A stretch of DNA of 40,060 nt, from contig CAZDQA010000001.1 of assembly GCA_964507605.1 (NCBI GenBank), positions 1-40,060 on the forward strand, written 5' to 3'. Source of the DNA: an uncultured Pseudomonadales bacterium. GTDB taxonomy: Bacteria > Patescibacteriota > Microgenomatia > UBA1400 > CG1-02-47-37. Below the pieces are notes generated by a model. The model was given only the letters and a program-made list of their open reading frames with translations, did not search any database and was not told the origin of the DNA. Below are positions 1 through 8,449 of this stretch, in pieces (within the stretch, counting starts at the first letter, position 1; each line of letters starts with the position of its first letter). The position numbers were made by a program, and so were the translations under genes.

Positions 1-40
1 CCTAAAGTGCTAACTTCCTCTAGCCAGCTGTGATAACTTT

Positions 41-49
41 TGCTAGAAT
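41..49 (+). promoter_or_regulatory. Extended -10 promoter (TGcTAGAAT) for rpsO with leaderless spacing
   Basis: TG at 41-42 and TAGAAT at 44-49. The rpsO ATG is at 56, leaving a 6-nt gap and no room for a Shine-Dalgarno. Confidence 0.5.
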
Positions 50-55
50 ACCCCC

Positions 56-325
56 ATGGTTTTAAAAACAGATAAAAAACAAACAATTATCAAAAAGTTC
101 GCCATCCAGAAAGATGACACCGGTTCGCCTGAGGTTCAGGTAGCTCTTTTAACCGAGCGGATTAACGACCTCACCGGACACTTAAAAGCGCATGTCAAAG
201 ACAATCATTCCCGCCGCGGACTGCTCGCCATGGTTTCCAAACGCCGCCGCCTATTAAACTATCTGAACCACAAAGATAAAAAACGCTATCAAACCATTAT
301 TACTAAATTAAAACTAAAAAAATAA
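56..325 (+). CDS. rpsO: 30S ribosomal protein S15
   Basis: 89 aa. S15 hallmarks are present: [48 protein letters not shown]. It lies immediately upstream of pnp, as is usual. Confidence 0.95.
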   Translation: MVLKTDKKQTIIKKFAIQKDDTGSPEVQVALLTERINDLTGHLKAHVKDNHSRRGLLAMVSKRRRLLNYLNHKDKKRYQTIITKLKLKK

Positions 326-328
326 GAA

Positions 329-2479
329 ATGGGTATTAAAAGCAAAACCGTTGTTATCAATGGTCAAACTATCACTTTGGAAATCGGCCGTTATGCTGAA
401 CAAGCCACTGCCGCTGTTTTGGCTAAAGCCGGGGATACCGTCGTCCTGGTTACTGTCGTTTCCGGTAAAGAAATTCCGGCCCTGGGCTATTTTCCTTTAA
501 CCGTGGAATATCAGGAAAAACTGTTTGCTTCCGGGATTATTAAAGGTTCCCGCTGGGTAAAGCGCGAAGGCCGGCCCACCGACGAAGCGATTTTAAAAGC
601 CCGGTTGATCGATCGTTCCATTCGCCCCCTGTTTCCCGAAGGCTATATGAAAGAAGTTCAGGTTATTGCCACCGTTTTATCTTATGACTCGACGACCGAT
701 CCGGAAATCTTAAGTTTAATCGCCGCTTCGGCGGCTTTAAGCCTGTCTTCCATTCCCTGGAATGGCCCGCTCGGAGCGGTTCGCCTGAAAAGCGCCAAAC
801 TGGATTTGGTTGTTTCCGGTTCTGCCGAAGCGATTGTCATGGTGGAGGCCGGCGCCCACGAAGCCAGCGAAGCGGAAGTTTTGCAAGCCATGTCCCAAGG
901 CCACGACGAGATTAAAAAAGTTATTAAAGTCATCGAAGAATTAGTTAAAGAAGCCGGTCAAAAGAAAGAAGAGTTTGTTGAAGAAAAAATCAACGTGGAT
1001 ATTAAAAAACAGATTTTAGCTAAAACTAAATCTTCAATTGACGATTTGATTGCCAGATTAAAAACTGCCACTCATGAAAAAGCCATGGATTTGTCAGAGA
1101 TTCAGGCCGCGGCCAAAGAAGAATTACCGGAACTTGATCCGAAAATTATTAACCTCGTCACCGAAGACTACTTAAAAACAACTTTGCGGCATACTGTTTT
1201 TGCCAAGAAAATTCGGCCTGATGGCCGTAAGCCCGATGAAATTCGGCCAATTACCTGTGAGGTTAGCGTTTTACCCCGCACTCACGGCTCGGCCATGTTT
1301 AAGCGTGGTGCCACTCAGGCAGTGACCGTCACCACCTTAGGTTCGCCCAGTTTGGAGCAGTTAATTGAAGATTTAGAGGGTGAGACTTCCAAGCGCTACA
1401 TTCATCACTACGAATTCCCTCCTTTTTCGGTCGGCGAAGCCGGCCGGATCGGTTATCCTTCCCGCCGGGAAATCGGCCACGGCGCTCTGGCTGAACGGGC
1501 GCTGGAACCCATGATTCCTGATGAAAACCTTTTTCCTTATACTATCCGCGTGGTTTCGGAAATTATGTCTTCTAATGGCTCTACTTCCATGGCCTCGGTT
1601 TGCGGCTCAACTTTATCCTTAATGGACGCCGGCGTGCCTTTAATTAAGCCGGTGGCCGGTATTGCCATGGGGCTCATGGTTGATGGTAAAGATTATGTGG
1701 TTTTAACCGATATTCAGGGTGCGGAAGATCATTTGGGCGATATGGACTTTAAGGTTGCCGGCACGGTTGACGGTATTACCGCTCTGCAGATGGATATTAA
1801 GATTGCCGGCGTGACTCAAGAAATTTTGGCAAAAGCCCTGGATAAGGCCAAGGTTGCTCGCTTGTCGATTATGGAAAAAATGCAGGCCGCGCTTGCCCAG
1901 CCCCGCACCCAGGTTTCCCAATATGCTCCTAAAATTAAAACTCTTAATATTCCGGTCGATAAAATCGGGGATTTAATCGGTCCCGGCGGCCGGATAATTA
2001 AAAAGATTATCAAAGACAGCGGCTGTGAAGTCGATGTTGATGATGACGGCCGCGTCGTCGTTACCGGGACTGACCAGGCCAAGCTGGCAGAAGCCTTAAA
2101 GCAAATTGACGGTTTGACCCGCGAATTTAAACCAGGCGAAGAGTTTGACGGAAAAGTCGTCCGGGTGGAAGCCTACGGCGCTTTTGTGGAGTTGATGCCC
2201 GGCCGCGACGGTTTAGTCCATGTTTCCCGTCTCTCTACCAGCTATGTGGCTGACCCGAATACAATTGTTCACTTGGGCGATACGCTTCATGTCCGCGTGC
2301 GCGAGATCGACGACCAGGGCCGGGTTAGTTTAACTACTTTAACTCCGGAACAGGAACAGCAGGCGGCCCAAAACCGTCCGTCTCGCCCCGGTGGTTTCTC
2401 CCCTCGCCCCGGTGGTTTTAATGGTCGTCCTCCTTTCCGTCGCCCCGGCGGCGGTCAGCGCTACTCCGGCAGAAGATAA
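329..2479 (+). CDS. pnp: Polyribonucleotide nucleotidyltransferase (PNPase) with a Pro/Gly/Arg-rich C-terminal tail
   Basis: 716 aa with two RNase PH domains (HGSAMFKRGATQ; GSTSMASVCGSTLSLMDAGVP; DHLGDMDFKVAGT), a KH domain (IGPGGRIIKKI) and an S1 domain (GKVVRVEAYGAFVEL). rpsO-pnp synteny supports the call. Confidence 0.95.
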   Translation: MGIKSKTVVINGQTITLEIGRYAEQATAAVLAKAGDTVVLVTVVSGKEIPALGYFPLTVEYQEKLFASGIIKGSRWVKREGRPTDEAILKARLIDRSIRPLFPEGYMKEVQVIATVLSYDSTTDPEILSLIAASAALSLSSIPWNGPLGAVRLKSAKLDLVVSGSAEAIVMVEAGAHEASEAEVLQAMSQGHDEIKKVIKVIEELVKEAGQKKEEFVEEKINVDIKKQILAKTKSSIDDLIARLKTATHEKAMDLSEIQAAAKEELPELDPKIINLVTEDYLKTTLRHTVFAKKIRPDGRKPDEIRPITCEVSVLPRTHGSAMFKRGATQAVTVTTLGSPSLEQLIEDLEGETSKRYIHHYEFPPFSVGEAGRIGYPSRREIGHGALAERALEPMIPDENLFPYTIRVVSEIMSSNGSTSMASVCGSTLSLMDAGVPLIKPVAGIAMGLMVDGKDYVVLTDIQGAEDHLGDMDFKVAGTVDGITALQMDIKIAGVTQEILAKALDKAKVARLSIMEKMQAALAQPRTQVSQYAPKIKTLNIPVDKIGDLIGPGGRIIKKIIKDSGCEVDVDDDGRVVVTGTDQAKLAEALKQIDGLTREFKPGEEFDGKVVRVEAYGAFVELMPGRDGLVHVSRLSTSYVADPNTIVHLGDTLHVRVREIDDQGRVSLTTLTPEQEQQAAQNRPSRPGGFSPRPGGFNGRPPFRRPGGGQRYSGRR

Positions 2480-2542
2480 AATTACCCCTTACACTCCCGC
2501 AGTGTGATAATCTTCAGGGTTATAGTATAATCAGCCGATTCT

Positions 2543-3616
2543 ATGAGTAAACAGGAAGAAAAACGGCGATTGGAGTTTTCGGACATTGCCTCCGAACTTC
2601 ATGCAGAAATTCTGAAAAACCCTTATCAATTTTTAGGGCTTCCGGACAATGCTGATTTTGCAGAGGTAAGAGGAACATATCTTGCCAAAGCCAGGCTTTA
2701 TCATCCGGATATGGTTAGCCCTGGTTTTGATATAAAAACGCTGGCTCGGCGGTATAGTCCGGAGGAGATTGAGACTGTTCTCCATTGCCAGCCGGACCCT
2801 CACTCAGAAGAACCTACGGAGAACTTAGAGGCGGCGATACTAGAAATAGAACAGACTACCAAGGTAGATTTGAAAGAAAGAGAGCGAATTTTGGAAGCTA
2901 TCCGGGGAGCGGCTCACGAAAAGATGGTACAGTTAAATACGGCGTTTGAAGCCATCAAGGTACGGATCGGTCAACGCCAATGGAAGACTTTTGCCGGTTA
3001 TGACTCCCGGACTGTTGTTGAAGACGAAGGCTTTTCGTATCAGCAAGTTTTTCTTGAAGGAGCAGCAGAACTGAACATCTTTCAGCAGAAGTTAGGAGCC
3101 TATTGGATACCTGGTGCCTACCTATCTTTTGACTGGGGACTGCCGATAGACCATGAGCATCAAACCTGGCGTGAGTCGGATTATCGATATGATATTGCGG
3201 TTAAACATCTCTTTGTCCACCAAGAACTTCAGGAAGAACGACAACAGATAACCCCGGTCCTTCTCCAACCTTTTTTTAAAATGTTTAAATTAAAAGCGGT
3301 TCAACAACAACAATTTACCAGCCTTCTTTTAGAGCAGAGATTTTCTAGTGACTATATTCGGGAGCTTCTGGGATTTCCTGACTGTAAAGACGTAAAGCAG
3401 GATTCTGCTGCCTGGTTTCGCACCCGAGACCTTGCATGGCAGGTGAATCAAATGCAGGCATTATCATGGTTTCATGATTCGTGGGATCCGCGCATTGACA
3501 TGAGATATGAAGGTGGGAAGCTTATTCTCAAAGATTTTACAGAAACAATATTGAGTGAAACAGATGTCATGCTGTTATCGACTCTCGCTTATGGCCCCAT
3601 GCTTTCTAACGGATAA
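2543..3616 (+). CDS. J-domain (DnaJ-like) protein; the remainder is unrecognised
   Basis: 357 aa. The N-terminus has NPYQFLGLPDNADFAEVRGTYLAKARLYHPD with the HPD tripeptide. There is no Gly/Phe or zinc-finger region as in canonical DnaJ. Confidence 0.6.
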   Translation: MSKQEEKRRLEFSDIASELHAEILKNPYQFLGLPDNADFAEVRGTYLAKARLYHPDMVSPGFDIKTLARRYSPEEIETVLHCQPDPHSEEPTENLEAAILEIEQTTKVDLKERERILEAIRGAAHEKMVQLNTAFEAIKVRIGQRQWKTFAGYDSRTVVEDEGFSYQQVFLEGAAELNIFQQKLGAYWIPGAYLSFDWGLPIDHEHQTWRESDYRYDIAVKHLFVHQELQEERQQITPVLLQPFFKMFKLKAVQQQQFTSLLLEQRFSSDYIRELLGFPDCKDVKQDSAAWFRTRDLAWQVNQMQALSWFHDSWDPRIDMRYEGGKLILKDFTETILSETDVMLLSTLAYGPMLSNG

Positions 3617-3670
3617 CAAGCATCTGAATTTTACAGTTGTTATAGTTGTTGTGCGGAAACTGGCGCGAGA

Positions 3671-3696
3671 ACCTGCAAGGAACATCCTTGTAGGCC
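3671..3696. repeat. REP-like hairpin copy H1
   Basis: a-CCTGCAAGG-aacat-CCTTGTAGG-cc. The stem is 9 bp with one G:T at stem position 4. It lies between the J-domain gene and the ICMT-like gene. Confidence 0.7.
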
Positions 3697-3716
3697 TGCA
3701 AAACCGTTCCAAATAG

Positions 3717-3725
3717 TGCTAGAAT
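3717..3725 (+). promoter_or_regulatory. Extended -10 promoter (TGcTAGAAT), leaderless spacing
   Basis: TAGAAT at 3720-3725 and ATG at 3733, a 7-nt gap. Confidence 0.5.
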
Positions 3726-3732
3726 TACATTA

Positions 3733-4200
3733 ATGAAATTAAGGACTGTTTTACTGGCTTTATTATTCGGCACTTGTATTTGGATAATTTTCCCTTACTT
3801 GGTGATTAAACTGAATCAGTTTTTAGGCTTGCCCTCGTGGCATTTTTGGCCCTTGCAGATCCTCGGTTGGATTTTAATAATCTGCGGCATCACGGTTTTT
3901 GCCCATTTAACCTTACTATTTAAAGTATTTGGCGAAGGAACGCCCGTGCCCACCGAGCCGCCCCAGAAATTTGTCCTTGAAAGCCTGTATCACCGCAGCC
4001 GCAATCCGATGTATTTGTGCTATTTTATTATTATCTTGGGCGAATGGCTGGTTTTTGGCAGCATTCTATTAATTGTCTATTTAGCTCTGTTTTGGTTGAA
4101 AGTAAACTTGTTTGTTGTTTTTTGGGAGGAGCCGGGTTTAAGAAAACGCTTTGGCAAAGAATATGCTGATTATTGTCACAAAATCCCGCGCTGGTTTTGA
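3733..4200 (+). CDS. ICMT/PEMT-family membrane methyltransferase
   Basis: 155 aa and multi-TM. It carries the family motif RSRNPMYLCYFIIILGEW followed by a C-terminal F/W-rich segment. Confidence 0.65.
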   Translation: MKLRTVLLALLFGTCIWIIFPYLVIKLNQFLGLPSWHFWPLQILGWILIICGITVFAHLTLLFKVFGEGTPVPTEPPQKFVLESLYHRSRNPMYLCYFIIILGEWLVFGSILLIVYLALFWLKVNLFVVFWEEPGLRKRFGKEYADYCHKIPRWF

Positions 4201-4205
4201 TATTA

Positions 4206-4230
4206 ACCTTCAGGGATCAACCCTGTAGGC
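4206..4230. repeat. REP-like hairpin copy H2
   Basis: a-CCTTCAGGG-atcaa-CCCTGTAGG-c, starting 6 nt after the ICMT-like stop codon. Confidence 0.7.
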
Positions 4231-4252
4231 GTGCAGAAACTATCTTAAATCG

Positions 4253-4261
4253 TGTTAGAAT
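4253..4261 (+). promoter_or_regulatory. Extended -10 promoter (TGtTAGAAT), leaderless spacing
   Basis: TAGAAT at 4256-4261 and ATG at 4270, an 8-nt gap. Confidence 0.5.
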
Positions 4262-4269
4262 ATAAATCA

Positions 4270-4629
4270 ATGAAATCTAAACCAAAAATTTCTATTTGCG
4301 GCCTGAATTGTAATGTTTGTCCAGCCTTTTTAGCTTATAAAAACAACGATCAGGATTTAAGAGTCAAAACCGCTAAAACTTGGGCCAAAGAATTCCATGA
4401 CCCAAGCATTAAACCAGAACATGTCAGCTGCCTTGGTTGTCTGTCTCTAAAACAACCTATCTATAAACATTGTTTGGAGTGTGGCGTGAGGTTATGCGGC
4501 TTAACTAAAGAAGTTAAAAACTGCGGCCACTGCGCCGCTTATAACACTTGTCCTAAAATTGCCAGCCTTCACCAATATATTCCCGAAGCCAAGCAAGTTT
4601 GTGACATGATTAAAAAATTAACCAAATGA
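4270..4629 (+). CDS. Cys-rich DUF3795-like protein
   Basis: Cys spacing CGLNCNVCPAF...CLGC...CLEC...CGHC..C is typical of DUF3795. I prefer the ATG at 4270 over the GTG at 4252 in the ORF track because of the promoter position. Confidence 0.55.
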   Translation: MKSKPKISICGLNCNVCPAFLAYKNNDQDLRVKTAKTWAKEFHDPSIKPEHVSCLGCLSLKQPIYKHCLECGVRLCGLTKEVKNCGHCAAYNTCPKIASLHQYIPEAKQVCDMIKKLTK

Positions 4630-5102
4630 AAATAAATATTCGCCGGGCTGATAAATCAGACGCAATCTTACTCCAGGATTTAAACCGTAAAATTATGGTT
4701 AACAATGTTCAATACGACCCTCGTTTCAATCCAAATTGGGAACAAACAGATTACGGCCGAAGTTTTTTTGAAGATCGATGCACGCAGCCGAATTGGTATA
4801 CCATTATTGCCGAAGCAGACGGGAAACCAATTGGTTATTTAAACGGATCAATTGATAATTTTGGCTATCGTTATCCTCAACTTCAGAAAGTCGCCGTAAT
4901 CGAAAACGTGGGAGTGATTCCGGAATACCAAAATAAAGGCATTGGTAAATTATTAATGGAAGATTTTAAAAAGTGGGCTAAAGAAAATAAAGCAATCCAA
5001 ATTCAACTAACCAGTTTTTCTAAAAATACCCAGGCCTTAGATTGGTATAAAAAATTAGGCTTTGAGCCGTCAGATATTATTTTACAAAAAGATATTAAGT
5101 AA
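4626..5102 (+). CDS. GNAT-family N-acetyltransferase
   Basis: 158 aa. The acetyl-CoA binding motif is VIPEYQNKGIGKLLM. Its start overlaps the previous stop (ATGA), indicating translational coupling. Confidence 0.8.
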   Translation: MKINIRRADKSDAILLQDLNRKIMVNNVQYDPRFNPNWEQTDYGRSFFEDRCTQPNWYTIIAEADGKPIGYLNGSIDNFGYRYPQLQKVAVIENVGVIPEYQNKGIGKLLMEDFKKWAKENKAIQIQLTSFSKNTQALDWYKKLGFEPSDIILQKDIK

Positions 5103-5127
5103 CCTACAGGATCCGACCCTGTAGGTT
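5101..5127. repeat. REP-like hairpin copy H3, between and overlapping convergent genes
   Basis: AACCTACAGG-atccgac-CCTGTAGGTT, a perfect 10-bp stem. It contains the last two bases of the GNAT TAA stop and encodes the last 8 codons plus the stop of the minus-strand kinase. Confidence 0.75.
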
Positions 5128-5850
5128 GATTATTGCCGCGCCGAGGGCGGTAGCGTATTCGGCCTGAGCAGGGAAAACAGGGGAGAGTTTAAACAAAGCG
5201 CAGACTTGGCGTAAATATTTTTGCATCAGCCGTTTGGTACTGACCCTGCCGGTAAAAATTAGGTTTTTTTCTTCAGTTTTTTGGGCGGCTAAACAAGCCA
5301 CCATGCCGATTGTTTCGGCCACCATGCCGATTAAACTTTGGGCCAGATCTTCCTTTCTAGTGGAGTTTATCTTGCCGAAATTGGCCGCCGTGGCTTCCGG
5401 CGGCAATAAACCAATCCCTTTGCCCAAAATATCGCCCACGGTTAAATCCACTTTAGTTTTATTACCTTTTCCTGCCAGCTTAAAGATTTCCTCCGCCTTT
5501 TTAGTTTTCAATAGCAGTTTACCTAAACCCTGAATTGTCCCGCCGCCCACCCCGGTTCCGCCCAAATGAATTGTTGGTTGATTTTTTCTGGCCCAAACAA
5601 CGGCTGTGCCCGTACCGCAGCTGACCACCACCGCTGATTTTAATCCTGCCAGGAACAAACCGCCTTTGCCTAAACACTCCAGTTCATTTTTCTCCCGTGT
5701 CGTCGTCATCGGGGTATTGCTAACCAGTTGTTTCAACCAGTTCTTAGTCAGCTTTACTTTTTCCACTGACCAGGTTTTTAATATTTTTTTACCGTCAAAC
5801 AGCACCGCGTCGACATAACTGGCCCCAAAATCAATTCCTAAAGTTTTCAT
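5104..5850 (-). CDS. coaW: Type II pantothenate kinase (CoaW-like, ASKHA fold)
   Basis: 248 aa with MKTLGIDFGAS, GGTGVGGGTIQGLGKLLL and PPEATAANFG. From memory these match the conserved blocks of staphylococcal-type PanK. The C-terminal INLQGRIL* is read from the hairpin repeat. Confidence 0.7.
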   Translation of the reverse strand: MKTLGIDFGASYVDAVLFDGKKILKTWSVEKVKLTKNWLKQLVSNTPMTTTREKNELECLGKGGLFLAGLKSAVVVSCGTGTAVVWARKNQPTIHLGGTGVGGGTIQGLGKLLLKTKKAEEIFKLAGKGNKTKVDLTVGDILGKGIGLLPPEATAANFGKINSTRKEDLAQSLIGMVAETIGMVACLAAQKTEEKNLIFTGRVSTKRLMQKYLRQVCALFKLSPVFPAQAEYATALGAAIINLQGRIL

Positions 5851-5856
5851 AATTTA

Positions 5857-5906
5857 ATTATAACTCCCTATTGACAAATAAATTACATATTCTATTATAC
5901 GAATAT
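5857..5906. promoter_or_regulatory. Divergent leaderless promoters (coaW / arsR-like) plus a 6-8-6 inverted-repeat candidate operator
   Basis: Plus strand: TTGACA 5871-5876, 16-nt spacer, TATTAT 5893-5898, ATG at 5905. Minus strand: TATAAT (complement of 5857-5862), 6-nt gap, ATG at 5850. The inverted repeat ATATTC(5887-5892)-N8-GAATAT(5901-5906) overlaps the + strand -10 and start. Confidence 0.55.
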
Positions 5907-6330
5907 GTATTTAGAAGTATTTAATAAACATGCTAAGTTGCTGCAAGCCTTAGCCCACCCTAAACGGTTGGAGATTTTAAACTTGTTAGCCCAAAAAAGT
6001 CTGACCGTGACCGAGATTTATTCCATGCTCGATCTGCCCCAGGCCAACATCAGTCAGCACTTAATTAAACTGCGTCAAGCCGGCGTGGTGGCCACTAAAC
6101 GCCTTGGCAAAGAAATTTATTACCGCTTGGCGTACAAGAAAATTAACCAATTTCTGCCCCAACATTTTAATTTATTAAAACTAACCCCCCTGGTTCATGA
6201 TCCGGTTTGCCAAATGCAGTTATCCCCTAAAACCGCAGTTTTAAAAAAGTCATATAATGGTCAGCAGTATTATTTCTGCGCCTCCGGTTGTTTAAAAAAG
6301 TTTACCACCCAGCCGCAAAAATATGTCTAA
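5905..6330 (+). CDS. ArsR/SmtB-family metalloregulator fused to a C-terminal YHS/TRASH metal-binding domain
   Basis: The winged helix-turn-helix region reads ALAHPKRLEILNLL...VTEIYSMLDLPQANISQHLIKLRQAGVV. The C-terminus DPVCQMQL...YYFCASGCLKKF is a YHS/TRASH signature. Confidence 0.8.
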   Translation: MYLEVFNKHAKLLQALAHPKRLEILNLLAQKSLTVTEIYSMLDLPQANISQHLIKLRQAGVVATKRLGKEIYYRLAYKKINQFLPQHFNLLKLTPLVHDPVCQMQLSPKTAVLKKSYNGQQYYFCASGCLKKFTTQPQKYV

Positions 6331-8449
6331 ATCCATCACTGCCAGCTTTAATATTACCGGCATGCACTGCTCCAGCTGTGCCAATCTTTTAACCAAGGCA
6401 ATCTCCAAAGTTCCCGGAGTTCTTTCTGCTCAGGTGACCTATACTACCGAAAAAGCTACGATCAATTACGATCCTGACAAAATCAACTGGCAAGAGCTTA
6501 AAACAACCGTCAGCTCGTTGGGCAGTTACCAAATTATTTTGCCAAACGAACCTTCAGTTGCCCACGCTCACCACCCCCAAAAAACCTTAAAAACCAAAGT
6601 TATCATTAGCGCCATTCTTACTCTCATTATCTTTGCCAATGAAATGCTCATGCTTGATTTTCTTCCGCGCCAACTCATTTTTATCCTCACCACCTTGGTT
6701 ATGTTTTATGCCGGCAGAGAGTTTTTCACCAATGCCTGGGCGGCTCTTAAAAAACTGACTGCCAATATGGATACTTTGATTGCCATGGGTACCGGCGCCG
6801 CCTATATCTACTCCACTGCCGTTATTTTTTCCCCGCAGCCCGTCTACTTTGACACTGCCGCCATGATTATTACTTTAATTCTTTTAGGCCGTTATCTTGA
6901 AGCCAAAGCCAAAGGCAAAGCTTCTGAGGCAATTAAAAAACTTCTTAATCTTCAGGTTAAAAAAGCTATTTTGTTTAAAAACGGTCAAGAAACAGAAGTC
7001 GATATTAATTTAGTGAAAAAAGGCGATCAGTTATTAGTTAAACCCGGGGCCAAAATCCCGGTCGACGCCATCATTATTAAAGGCCAATCCTATCTTGATG
7101 AATCTTTGGTTACCGGCGAGTCAGTCCCTGTCTTAAAAAAACCCGGCGACAAAGTTATCGGCAGTACCATTAACAAAAAAGGCCTGTTGATTATTCAGGC
7201 CACTGGCGTCGGCGAAGACACTTTGCTGGCCAACATTGTTAAGCTGGTTAACCAAGCCCAAAGCTCCAAAGCCCCGATTCAAAAGTTGGCCGATAAAGTC
7301 TCGGCAATTTTTGTCCCCACTGTGATTCTTTTATCCTTCCTGGCTTTTTTAGTTTGGCACTTTGTTTTTGGCTTAGCTTTTAGCCCGGCCCTGGCGATTG
7401 CCATTACTGTTTTAATTGTTTCCTGCCCCTGCGCTTTAGGTTTGGCCACCCCGATTTCCATTATGGTCGGCACCGGCCGGGGGGCCCAAAACGGCATCTT
7501 AATTAAAAATGCCGAAAAACTGCAAATTGCCGGTCGTTTACAAGCGATTGTTTTTGACAAAACCGGCACCTTAACTAAAGGTTCTTTTGCGGTCACCGAG
7601 ATTATTCCAACTAAAACTTCTGTTCCTCCCTCAAAAATTTTGCAACTTGCTGCTAGCCTTGAACAAGGCTCAGATCACCCGATTGCTGAAGCGATCGTTA
7701 AAAAGGCTAAAAACCAAAACCTTAAACTCTATCATCCCACCAACTTTCAAAATATCGAAGGTAAGGGGGTAAAAGGCACAATTAACCATCAAAAACTTCT
7801 TCTTGGTTACTGGGGTTTAATGAATCAGAAAAACACCAAGCCTTTTGGCCCCACCAATAAAACTATTACTTTTCTAAGTGTTGACGATCAAATTATTGGC
7901 GCTTTAGCCCTAGAAGATGAACCCAAAAAGATTGCCCGCTCCGTTATCGCCAAACTGCAACAGCTCGGGTTGGCAGTCTGGATGATCAGCGGCGACAATC
8001 AAACAGTGGCCGAAAATATTGGTAAGCGCCTGGGGATTAAACATATCTTGGCCAGTGTCCTGCCCAAAGATAAAGTTAATAAAGTCAAACAACTACAAAA
8101 ACAATATTCCTTGGTCGCTATGGTTGGCGATGGAATCAACGACGCTCCGGCTTTAGCCCAGGCCAATGTCGGTATTGCCATGGCCACCGGTACTGATGTG
8201 GCCATTGAAGCCGGCGACATTACTTTACTTCGCGGCGATTTGCAGTTGATTAATCAAACCATTGCTTTATCCCGGGTCACCATGACTAATATTAAGCAGA
8301 ATTTATTCTGGGCTTTTGGTTATAATTCATTATTAATTCCCGTGGCGATGGCCGGTTTAATTAACCCGATCTTTGCCAGCGCCGCCATGGCCCTGTCTTC
8401 TTTATCCGTCGTCTTAAATGCTTTAAGACTAAAAAAAATTAAACTATGA
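6323..8449 (+). CDS. copA: Copper-translocating P1B-type ATPase
   Basis: 708 aa with an N-terminal HMA domain (GMHCSSCA), TGES, the CPC motif (SCPCALGLATP), DKTGTLT and GDGINDAPAL. Confidence 0.92.
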   Translation: MSKSITASFNITGMHCSSCANLLTKAISKVPGVLSAQVTYTTEKATINYDPDKINWQELKTTVSSLGSYQIILPNEPSVAHAHHPQKTLKTKVIISAILTLIIFANEMLMLDFLPRQLIFILTTLVMFYAGREFFTNAWAALKKLTANMDTLIAMGTGAAYIYSTAVIFSPQPVYFDTAAMIITLILLGRYLEAKAKGKASEAIKKLLNLQVKKAILFKNGQETEVDINLVKKGDQLLVKPGAKIPVDAIIIKGQSYLDESLVTGESVPVLKKPGDKVIGSTINKKGLLIIQATGVGEDTLLANIVKLVNQAQSSKAPIQKLADKVSAIFVPTVILLSFLAFLVWHFVFGLAFSPALAIAITVLIVSCPCALGLATPISIMVGTGRGAQNGILIKNAEKLQIAGRLQAIVFDKTGTLTKGSFAVTEIIPTKTSVPPSKILQLAASLEQGSDHPIAEAIVKKAKNQNLKLYHPTNFQNIEGKGVKGTINHQKLLLGYWGLMNQKNTKPFGPTNKTITFLSVDDQIIGALALEDEPKKIARSVIAKLQQLGLAVWMISGDNQTVAENIGKRLGIKHILASVLPKDKVNKVKQLQKQYSLVAMVGDGINDAPALAQANVGIAMATGTDVAIEAGDITLLRGDLQLINQTIALSRVTMTNIKQNLFWAFGYNSLLIPVAMAGLINPIFASAAMALSSLSVVLNALRLKKIKL

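Noticed and set aside
682-2082. Antisense ORFs inside pnp (682-933, 1703-1921, 1816-2082).
   Set aside because: They are shadow ORFs opposite a strongly supported conserved gene. They have low-complexity, Ser/Ala/Leu-rich translations and no start-site signals.

The same reasoning applies to the short ORFs overlapping coaW, copA, the permease-cupredoxin gene, rnj, ftsK, surE, the YtxH-like gene, alaS, the 17780-19882 gene, rpoB, rpoC, rpsL, the VTT-like gene, the surface-protein genes, fusA and tuf on either strand.
2511-2521. Solo half-site of the hairpin repeat (TCTTCAGGGTT) between pnp and the J-domain gene.
   Set aside because: Only one arm matches and no complementary arm lies nearby. 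An 11-nt partial match is too short to distinguish from chance, and it overlaps a plausible promoter region (TGtGATAAT / TATAAT).
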